Part shown: positions 1-6,832 of the stretch, piece by piece
How positions within the stretch are numbered: the first letter of the stretch is position 1
Layout of the letters: every line of letters starts with the position of its first letter
Origin: Promethearchaeota archaeon
GTDB lineage: Archaea > Asgardarchaeota > Thorarchaeia > Thorarchaeales > Thorarchaeaceae
Assembly: GCA_027031765.1 (NCBI GenBank)
Contig: JALVPN010000167.1
Location: 851-10,719 of the forward strand
DNA: 9,869 nucleotides
Direction: 5' to 3'
Program-made: the position numbers and the translations under genes
Notes under the pieces: generated by a model
Database searches by the model: none
Told to the model about the DNA's origin: nothing
The model's input: only the letters and a program-made list of their open reading frames with translations

Positions 1-195
1 CCTTATGACAGGGTCGTCACCCCCCAACAGCTCCATTGCCTTTGGCAGGAGGCTCAGGGCCCCTGCTTCGGTCGCGATGAGCCGGCCCCCAGCATCGTAC
101 ATGGTGCCGAGGTCTGGGGACTCAAGGTCAAGGAGCGTCCTGCGCAGCTCCCGGAGGGCCTTTGCCTCTGCCGCTGCCAGTCCCGACGTGTCCAC
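1..195 (-). CDS. Partial (runs off the left edge) hypothetical protein, probably HEAT/ARM-repeat-like
   Basis: Not in the ORF track. My translation from GTG at 195: MDTSGLAAAEAKALRELRRTLLDLESPDLGTMYDAGGRLIATEAGALSLLPKAMELLGGDDPVIR, open to base 1. It starts 14 nt after the upstream stop at 210, with GGCGG just upstream. LLPKAMELLGGDDPVIR resembles the HEAT pattern LLPxLxxLLxDxDPxVR. Confidence 0.7.
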   Translation of the reverse strand, partial: MDTSGLAAAEAKALRELRRTLLDLESPDLGTMYDAGGRLIATEAGALSLLPKAMELLGGDDPVIR

Positions 196-209
196 TGGAG
201 TCCGCCTAC

Positions 210-1250
210 TCACTTGTTGCCGCCCTCCGTATGTGCCGTTGTTTCCGACCGCTCCCGTCGCCTGCGAGTGCCACTCCGGGCACGGGTCTTGGCCTCACGG
301 CGTGTCTTCCCCTTGCGCGCTACGCGTTCTCCGGAGGGCTTCGGACCCCTTTGACTGTCCTTGGATGGCCCAGCCCGGTCGGTACGACCACTATGGGTGC
401 CCTCGTCCTCAAGGAAGACCGTTAGTGGCGCCTGGTCGCCAACACCGCCTTCTGGCTGCACCTGCTCCCCACCGGTGACCCTCCTCCTAGTATCTGCTGA
501 CGACCTCGAAACGGCCTCGTCGACCTCTTCCGGAGCCGTGTCCCCAGTCAGTGTCACCTGCTGCGTCTCATCGAACTCTGGTGCGTGCTGGCTCTCCTCC
601 AGTTCGAGTTCGACAAGCATCAGTTCATATGCCTCCATCAGGGCCTGCGCCCGCGGGTCGTCTGCAGGCAGGGTCTTCTCCACCACCGACTGCTGACGCA
701 GGAGCTCCCGCCCGAGCGTCGTCTTCCGCAGCCGCCCCAGTCCGAGTCGTCCCGTGCGCACCCGGGGACGGGCTCTTCTGAAAGCCTCCAGCCGGGCGCG
801 TCGTAGCGGTGGCACAAGGTACGCGAACCCATCACGCTCGAGACCGCTGTCGACCAGGTGGTCGGTCTTGCCAGCTGCAATCATCTCGGCGGCTGCTCGC
901 GAACAGTGACTGCGTGCCACCCGTCGTCCCTCCTCCCAGCTGTCGGACCCTGTGACGAGTGCTAGGAGCTCCTCTGTGCTGGTGTCTAGAGCGGTGCTCA
1001 GGGACAACATGTCAAGGGCACAGAACACGGCGTCACGGATATGGAGGAGTGCCTCTGCAAGCTCCCCGTCACTGCCGGGGTCCCAGTGCGATGCAATCAG
1101 CCTGTACAGGCGGTGCAGTGGAGTCGCACGCTTGTCCTCCCAGAAGCCCTTCACGAGCTCTATGACTGCCTCTCTGTCGCGCTGTCTGCTCGCCTCAACC
1201 ATCGCGTGCGCCAGGGCGAGCCTCTTCTTTGAACGCCTGCCGCTGCTCAG
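210..1250 (-). CDS. Hypothetical protein (~330-346 aa): helical N-terminal region, acidic linker, basic low-complexity C-terminal tail
   Basis: 330-aa ORF from ATG 1202 with protein-like composition. The frame stays open upstream to a CTG at 1250 that has GGAGGT 8 nt before it, so the start may be 1250 rather than 1202. No family recognised. Confidence 0.75.
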   Translation of the reverse strand: MSSGRRSKKRLALAHAMVEASRQRDREAVIELVKGFWEDKRATPLHRLYRLIASHWDPGSDGELAEALLHIRDAVFCALDMLSLSTALDTSTEELLALVTGSDSWEEGRRVARSHCSRAAAEMIAAGKTDHLVDSGLERDGFAYLVPPLRRARLEAFRRARPRVRTGRLGLGRLRKTTLGRELLRQQSVVEKTLPADDPRAQALMEAYELMLVELELEESQHAPEFDETQQVTLTGDTAPEEVDEAVSRSSADTRRRVTGGEQVQPEGGVGDQAPLTVFLEDEGTHSGRTDRAGPSKDSQRGPKPSGERVARKGKTRREAKTRARSGTRRRRERSETTAHTEGGNK

Positions 1251-1293
1251 GCCTAACTACCTCCGACTACACTCTGCACTGGTGTGACTCGTC

Positions 1294-1306
1294 CTTAACC
1301 CTTTTG
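1294..1306 (-). promoter_or_regulatory. Putative archaeal BRE/TATA promoter for the 210-1250 gene
   Basis: The minus strand reads AAAAGGGTTAAG, an A-rich BRE-like run plus TTAAG, about 45 nt upstream of the proposed CTG start. Confidence 0.4.
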
Positions 1307-1531
1307 TTTCATTGTGTTGCGCACATGATTTCCAGTCTGGTACCAGTACGCGCCATGGTGCCGGGTGGCCCTGATAAACGGCTGGGGTCGACTGGCTGAG
1401 GGCTGGCACCGGCGTGGCCTGGGGCTGCAGTGGCATACGACTGGTGGTCCCGGAGGTCGCCCTGTTCTGGCTCTCACAACTGGAGGGCCCACTCTCGGAC
1501 CGGGGAGAGGGGCGGTCCCGGTGTCCTAGTG

Positions 1532-2017
1532 TCACTGGTCATCATACGACCGTATCTGCTCCTCAATGGCCCCAAGCTGCCTGCGCGTCCCCTCGATTTC
1601 TTTCAGCAGCTTGTGTGCCTCTCTCACGAGCTCGGCTACTGCCCTCCCGTATGCCTCTTGTGTGAGTCGCCCCCGTGCCATTGCCTGGTCGTAGTAGCTC
1701 CTCTTTCTCCGCAGCTGTTGGAGTGCTGACTCAGAGGCACGGAGCCTGACCAGCAGGCGGATCCGCTTGCGTTCCAAGAGCAGACGGTCCGGGGCCCTGG
1801 CAGTTGAAGGGGTGCGTGCTGTTCCAGAGCTTGCCGTGCTCTGCTGTGAACGCGACGCCCTGCGGCTTGCTGGTCTGTCGGCTGTCACAACTGTAGTGTG
1901 ACCCCCAGTGCCGTCACTTTCCTGTGTGTGTCTTCTCATTCGTTCCCGTTCGGCCATGCGCGCAATGGACTCGCGGTACCTAGCAAGTCTCTCTTCCGGA
2001 GTGAGGTGGTCGGTCAT
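1532..2017 (-). CDS. Hypothetical protein (~161 aa) with a C-terminal coiled coil
   Basis: ORF 1532-2023. GAGGT lies 7 nt upstream of the second ATG (2017), which favours MTDHLTPEE as the start. Charged helical ends flank a Ser/Thr/Ala/Arg-rich linker. Confidence 0.75.
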   Translation of the reverse strand: MTDHLTPEERLARYRESIARMAERERMRRHTQESDGTGGHTTVVTADRPASRRASRSQQSTASSGTARTPSTARAPDRLLLERKRIRLLVRLRASESALQQLRRKRSYYDQAMARGRLTQEAYGRAVAELVREAHKLLKEIEGTRRQLGAIEEQIRSYDDQ

Positions 2018-2328
2018 GGTCATAACCTCATGTCTACAGGCCCCGTTGTTCTTGGAGTACTGGTGGTCCCAGTAGAGCGTGTGCGCCCGCCGTATTAAGG
2101 GTTAAGTGGACGGCCCCGGAGGTGGGCGTACTCTCTGTCCCGGGGTAGCGGGTCCTATGGCATGGGGCAATGCTAGGCCCCACGAACGTGTCGGTAGTGC
2201 CCGCCCTGGAACTGTCCACTGGTCACACCATTCCACTGTACGCCCACTGTCCTCCCTAGTGTGGGCTCACCGTAGTCCCAGCTTCATGAGCCCTTCTTGT
2301 ACGTGCTGATGACCGTCCGCGGCACGGC

Positions 2329-3531
2329 TCAGTAGAACGAGGGCTCTGTTTCGCGGACTCTCTCTGGGGCCTTCATCTTCATGGTCTCCTCAGGTGACAG
2401 TACCTCGACCAGCTCGTAGCTGCTGCTGCCCATCCCGAGTCTTTCAGCAGCCCTGACAACAATGTAGGGGTCCTTCATTGGCCCGTGTAGTCTCGCAAAT
2501 GGGTGCAGGTCTGCACTTGGGTCGAGGTCGACGTTCTTCATGAACGGTGGTATCATCTCAGTCATCAGGCCCGCCTTGGCGATGAGGTCGAGGGACGCCT
2601 GTTCGATGGCCACGATGTCCCTGCTACCGAGCACCCCGATGTCGCGCACCACGGGTGGCTGACCGAAACCCCAGCAGTCACAGTAGGCCGTGATGTCGAT
2701 TAGGAAGCTGATGAAGAACCTCTTGTCGTCATTGAAGGTGTCAAGCACCTTCTTTGCACTGAGGGCCATCAGTTCCTGGAAGGCCGAGAAGGACTCGGGC
2801 CTGATCTGGATGCAGCCGACATCCCTGTCCGCCTTGACACACTCCATGCACTGGTTGCACATGTCGAACGAGACCGTCAGCTTGTGCTCTTTCTCGTCGT
2901 AGCTGATGCAGTTCTGGGGGCACACCTCGACGAGCTCCTTTGCGTGCTCTGGGGTGCACTTGTCACCGTCCCAGTAGTCAAAGGCCTGGCCCACCCTGTG
3001 GATCTTGTTCCACCGTGAGTGTGCCTGGTACCCACCGAGTGCAATGTTCTTGATTGCCCCTCCGAAGCCACATGAGTTATGCCCCTTCACGTGCGTGAGG
3101 TCGACCAACACGTCAGCATCGTGGAGCACGCCGCCCATCTCCATGGACTCCACGTTGAGGAAGCCGAACTCGGTCGTGTACGTATACCTGTCCTTGACCC
3201 CCGCCACAGGTATCAGCGGGCAGCCACAGGTCTCGGACGTGTAGCCCCTTTCCACGGCGTTGTACACCGAGGTGGGGTTGTCTGTGATGAAGGGCACTCC
3301 TCCAGCCTTTCTGACTGCCTGCACCACACGCCTTACAAAGAATACTGGCACCGTCTGGTACCCCTCGCGGAAGCCAAGGTGCATCTTCACTGCGACCTTG
3401 TCGCCCCTGTCTATGGTCGAGAAGTCTAGCCTCTCCAGTATTACGTCCACCTTGCGCGCAAAAGATGCAAACCGCGCCCTTGCACCGTGCTGCACCGAGC
3501 CAAAGTATACATCTGCCTTCTTGCCGCTCAT
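2329..3531 (-). CDS. DUF362-family iron-sulfur protein with an inserted ferredoxin-like domain (400 aa)
   Basis: True start is probably ATG 3531 (MSGKKADVYFG); the ORF-track extension to 3855 overlaps the MFS gene and is not protein-like. Family-typical motifs: VAVKMHLG, HVKGHNSCGFGGAIKNIALG, DITAYCDCW, SRDIVAIEQAS. The central segment contains VCPQNC and CNQCMEC. Confidence 0.85.
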   Translation of the reverse strand: MSGKKADVYFGSVQHGARARFASFARKVDVILERLDFSTIDRGDKVAVKMHLGFREGYQTVPVFFVRRVVQAVRKAGGVPFITDNPTSVYNAVERGYTSETCGCPLIPVAGVKDRYTYTTEFGFLNVESMEMGGVLHDADVLVDLTHVKGHNSCGFGGAIKNIALGGYQAHSRWNKIHRVGQAFDYWDGDKCTPEHAKELVEVCPQNCISYDEKEHKLTVSFDMCNQCMECVKADRDVGCIQIRPESFSAFQELMALSAKKVLDTFNDDKRFFISFLIDITAYCDCWGFGQPPVVRDIGVLGSRDIVAIEQASLDLIAKAGLMTEMIPPFMKNVDLDPSADLHPFARLHGPMKDPYIVVRAAERLGMGSSSYELVEVLSPEETMKMKAPERVRETEPSFY

Positions 3532-3743
3532 GGGCCGCAGTGTATGACACACCGCGATATCATTCTTGGGTAACAAGCACTTGGCTGGCGCCTGTCCCGT
3601 TTCCTCCCGTCCACCCCTTCCTTCCACCCTGCTCCGGTGGAGGCCGGCCAGACTGAAAGACGGGCGTCCCCTCCCGCATTGATTGTGACGCTGTGTACCT
3701 GTCGCTGCCGGCTCTGTCCGTGTTTGCTGGCCCCGAACGCATG

Positions 3744-3751
3744 AAATATAG
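3744..3751 (+). promoter_or_regulatory. Putative TATA box of the MFS gene
   Basis: AAATATAG about 40 nt upstream of ATG 3792, in an otherwise GC-rich divergent intergenic region. Confidence 0.35.
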
Positions 3752-3791
3752 GTGTCCCTCCTGTGGGCCATGGGAAAGGACTTGGTACGCA

Positions 3792-5012
3792 ATGGAGTCA
3801 ACACCTGACAACAAAGAGGGCTGGGACCCAACACTCGTGTTCGGGACGGCCTCATTCCTCAATGATACAGGTTCCGACATGATTGCTCCGATATGGCCCA
3901 CGTTCCTGTCGGACAGACTGCACCTCAACCTGTTGCAGATTGGTATTGTCGACGGCATGGCCCTGACAGTGACCTCTCTCGCCAAGCTTGTAGCCGGGTA
4001 CCTCTCTGACAGACTGCGCAAGAGGAAGTCGTTCATCACCTCCGGGTACCTGATGTCGGTGGCTGCCCGTATCGGTTTCGTGCTGTCAGTAGGGTTCTTC
4101 CACATCCTCTTCTGGAAGACTATGGACAGGCTCGGGAAGATGCGTGGCCCACCCCGTGATGCCATCGTGGCTGCGCACGCAGAACAGACCCGTCGTGGTC
4201 GTGCCTTCGGTGTCCTACGTGCAATGGACACTGGCGGGGCTCTTCTTGGCGCCTTGATCACATACCTGCTGTTTGTATGGCTCGGCTACACCGGCATCAT
4301 CCTACTCGCGGCCGTGCCGGGTGCCTGTGCGGTCGTCGTCGTTGCTGCGCTCGTGAAGGAAGAGGCGGGCCGTGAGGTCTTCAAAGGCGTGTCGTTCAGG
4401 GGCCTGAGCCGTGACCTGAAGATACTGCTCGCTGCATCCGTGGTCTTCGCTCTCGGCACGTTCACTTACTCTTTCGTCCTGCTTTTCGGCAGGCAGTTCG
4501 GTATCTCAGACCCCAACGTACCACTCCTCTACATCCTCTTCACCGGAGTGTATGCTGCCAGTGCGTACCCGTTCGGGAGGGCCTCTGACACTGTAGGACG
4601 CCGACCTGTCCTCACTACGGCCTTTGTCCTCCTCATGCTGACCGCGCTCTGGGCACACTTCATCGTCGACTGGGTCGGCGTCTGCATCATGCTGGTCCTG
4701 TTCGGCCTGTTCAACGGAGCGCTCGACCCTGTACAGACCTCCTTCGTTGCTGACCTCGTCGAGGAGGAGCGGAGGGCCAGTGTAATTGGCGCGTTCCAGA
4801 TGGCAGTGGGCTTCGCGGCACTACCTGCCGGTACCATCATGGGCTGGCTCTGGATGAGCGTCGCCCCGCTCGTTGCGTTCCAGTTCTCCTTCGTCATGTG
4901 CGTGATTGCCACCGTACTCCTGATGGCAGTCGGTGTCCGCCCACCAGCCCAGTCCACTTCAGACGCGGCCCCAGAACAGCGGCCACCAGACACCACAGAC
5001 ATCACGGTGTAG
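3792..5012 (+). CDS. Major facilitator superfamily transporter (MJ1317-like), 406 aa
   Basis: About 12 hydrophobic segments. MFS motif A variants GYLSDRLRKRK and FGRASDTVGRRPV. The N-terminal SFLNDTGSDMIAPIWPTFL and the RGPPRDAIVA...RGRAFG motifs are typical of this subfamily. Probable start ATG 3792 (MESTPDN). Confidence 0.9.
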   Translation: MESTPDNKEGWDPTLVFGTASFLNDTGSDMIAPIWPTFLSDRLHLNLLQIGIVDGMALTVTSLAKLVAGYLSDRLRKRKSFITSGYLMSVAARIGFVLSVGFFHILFWKTMDRLGKMRGPPRDAIVAAHAEQTRRGRAFGVLRAMDTGGALLGALITYLLFVWLGYTGIILLAAVPGACAVVVVAALVKEEAGREVFKGVSFRGLSRDLKILLAASVVFALGTFTYSFVLLFGRQFGISDPNVPLLYILFTGVYAASAYPFGRASDTVGRRPVLTTAFVLLMLTALWAHFIVDWVGVCIMLVLFGLFNGALDPVQTSFVADLVEEERRASVIGAFQMAVGFAALPAGTIMGWLWMSVAPLVAFQFSFVMCVIATVLLMAVGVRPPAQSTSDAAPEQRPPDTTDITV

Positions 5013-5207
5013 GCCCCCATCGTGGCGCCGGTCTCACCACTGGCGGCAAGTCTCATTGGTCACGTGTGGTCCCAGACACTTACGTGTAGTGGGGAGAGCG
5101 TTCGTCCACTGCTGAGCGGCCTGCCGTATATCATTAGAACCGTCTGCCGAGCACCCGTCCAAGTCCGCAGTGTGGCCTGCCCCTGGCATGTGCCCGTGAT
5201 GCACGGT

Positions 5208-5759
5208 CTAGAACCCTGTTGCTGGGTCAAGGCCGAAGGCCCGTCTGGTCAGCGCGCCTGTACTCATGCCGCTGAGGACGTACCACGACCAGTAGTAGAG
5301 ACCAAACCCACCCTGGACACGCGTACCAATCCAGCCATCGAAGAACCAGAACACCTCGTGGATGTTGAAGGGTAGTATGGCCACTGGGGTCGTCCCAAAG
5401 ATGTTGGCGAGCAGCGTGAAGACGACCATGAATGGTATCAGGAAGATGAGGTACGGCTTGCAACGCGACCCCGCAATCTCGACATTCATGCGCACGATGC
5501 GTGGCTGTTCTGCCATCAGCTCCTCCATCAGTTCTGCCCTCTCCGGTGTGTCGGGCATCCGCATTGCCCGCATCTGCTTCTCACGCCAGTCCTTGATCTC
5601 TTCTATGTACCCACGCATCTTCTCGACGTCTGTGAGCTTCAGTGTCGCCACGGTCAACAGCAAGGACAGGACCGTGTTCACCGTGAAGACGAACAGTGCC
5701 GACCATGGCATTCGGGTGAGGACGGAGAGTGCGGCATAGAGGTCACTGAACAGATCCAT
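5208..5759 (-). CDS. DUF106 / EMC3-TMCO1-like Oxa1-superfamily membrane protein (183 aa)
   Basis: Topology TM1, then a cytoplasmic coiled coil (DVEKMRGYIEEIKDWREKQMRAM...ELMAEQ), KPYLIFLIPF TM2, and YWSWYVLSGMS TM3, matching DUF106. Start ATG 5759 (MDLFSDL) with GAGGG upstream. Confidence 0.85.
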   Translation of the reverse strand: MDLFSDLYAALSVLTRMPWSALFVFTVNTVLSLLLTVATLKLTDVEKMRGYIEEIKDWREKQMRAMRMPDTPERAELMEELMAEQPRIVRMNVEIAGSRCKPYLIFLIPFMVVFTLLANIFGTTPVAILPFNIHEVFWFFDGWIGTRVQGGFGLYYWSWYVLSGMSTGALTRRAFGLDPATGF

Positions 5760-5800
5760 TTGTCTTTCCCTCTCAGGTGCACCCCGCCACTCGCCATCGG

Positions 5801-5808
5801 AATTTAAG
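5801..5808 (-). promoter_or_regulatory. Putative TATA box of the DUF106 gene
   Basis: The minus strand reads CTTAAATT about 42 nt upstream of ATG 5759. Confidence 0.4.
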
Positions 5809-6186
5809 CCTGTTGGGGCTCTGTCAGTACCCGGACCGGCCACTGGTCACCTGCCGATGGCGGCACCCCCTTTTGCAGCGGTGTGTGGTCGAGACGTTTA
5901 CGTGACACCGGACTGGACACGCTGTCCCCGCCGTCAGGCATGGTGCGGGCTAGCCACCGACCACAACGTCCACAGGCTGACACGGAGTACACGTTGCTTT
6001 TCTGCCGGACCTGTGTGAGTACACGTATACTACGTGCAGGCCCCGCTGACATTACCGTCCGGGTACACGCTGACCGTTTCGCGCCAAACACAGGACGATA
6101 AGTCCACGTCTGTGACGCTATTTTTCCCTAAGTGCAGCAGAATGGGGTACCGGCGGTCACTTCGTGCAGCAACAACAGCCTGCGGT

Positions 6187-6201
6187 TATACAAGTTGTAT
6201 A
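6187..6201. promoter_or_regulatory. Perfect dyad TATACAA-G-TTGTATA, putative operator
   Basis: 7-bp perfect inverted repeat with a 1-nt spacer, AT-rich in a GC-rich background, about 50 bp upstream of the TATA box at 6251. Confidence 0.5.
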
Positions 6202-6250
6202 TCGCTGTGGGCAGCGGGTAGCAAACGTGTACTGACGGGGACCTGCTGGG

Positions 6251-6258
6251 TTTATATT
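6251..6258 (+). promoter_or_regulatory. TATA box of the 90-aa gene
   Basis: TTTATATT, a canonical archaeal TATA, 50 nt upstream of ATG 6308; a GGAGG Shine-Dalgarno-like site lies at 6293-6297. Confidence 0.6.
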
Positions 6259-6307
6259 GCGGTCAACGTGTACTCATCCAAGTCTGCCGCCGGGAGGGCA
6301 AGACACG

Positions 6308-6580
6308 ATGATGATGTTCACACGGATGCTGCGAAGACAGGGATTCTACCGGGTAAAGAACCAGAATGAACCAGTGTTCATGAAACACAATGTCGGACTG
6401 GGTGGCGTCTACGTCCATATCCAGGGGAACAAGGCGCGTCTCATAGTCCGTGACCTTGGGATTGAACAGGAGTTCACCCGGGTCAAGAGGCTTGAGAACT
6501 ATATCAAAGAACTCGATGAACGCGAGTACCGTCAACGATGTCTCTACCTGCACAGGATGCGCAGGGGCACTGGTCAATAG
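6308..6580 (+). CDS. Small hypothetical protein (~90 aa), alpha/beta
   Basis: MMMFTRMLRRQGFYRVKNQNEPVFMKHNVGLGGVYVHIQG.... It has TATA, SD and terminator signals and coding-like codon usage. The start could be ATG 6308, 6311 or 6314. Confidence 0.85.
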   Translation: MMMFTRMLRRQGFYRVKNQNEPVFMKHNVGLGGVYVHIQGNKARLIVRDLGIEQEFTRVKRLENYIKELDEREYRQRCLYLHRMRRGTGQ

Positions 6581-6625
6581 CATGAGGTGCGGTGCGCTCG
6601 GGGTGGGTCGGGCACAGTGTCCCTT

Positions 6626-6674
6626 GAGGGCAGGCCCGGCCACCCCGGGTCGCCCTCCTGTTCTCTTTTTTTTT
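6626..6674 (+). terminator. GC hairpin followed by an oligo-T tract
   Basis: GAGGGC (6626-6631) pairs with GCCCTC (6652-6657), and inner CCCGG (6635-6639) pairs with CCGGG (6645-6649). These are followed by TTCTC and T9 (6666-6674), 46 nt after the stop at 6580. Confidence 0.7.
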
Positions 6675-6832
6675 CCCTGTACTGTCTAGTGTATGTGGCT
6701 GAGGACTAGGTCCAGTGGTGCTGTGACCGCGTCACGGCGGCCGGACATCTGATGTGTGTGCCGTTCCTGACCGGCTGCACTGACAGGGGGTGCCAGTCTG
6801 GAGAGAAGGAGTTGCTGGCAAGGCCCTTCCGC

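Larger units (their letters stand above)
5985..6275. repeat. Cluster A of the (R)GTACACGYW motif (5 exact copies)
   Basis: GTACACG at 5987, 6019 and 6063 (+); CGTGTAC at 6226 and 6267 (-). Copies fall in different frames and on both strands within non-coding DNA. Confidence 0.85.

Noticed and set aside
1257-1535. 92-aa ORF coupled by a GTGA overlap to the 1532 stop
   Set aside because: It is Pro/Ser/Gln-rich with no recognisable features and would run through the putative promoter and SD of the downstream gene. It is not fully excluded.
3532-3855. N-terminal extension of the DUF362 ORF to 3855 and of the MFS ORF to 3693
   Set aside because: The two extensions overlap each other on opposite strands and are low-complexity; family-like sequence begins at MSGKKADVYFG (3531) and MESTPDN (3792).
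5804-6369. ORFs 5804-6091, 5883-6101 and 6034-6369
   Set aside because: They are short, mutually overlapping, not protein-like, and lack start signals; 6034-6369 runs over the promoter and start of the 90-aa gene.
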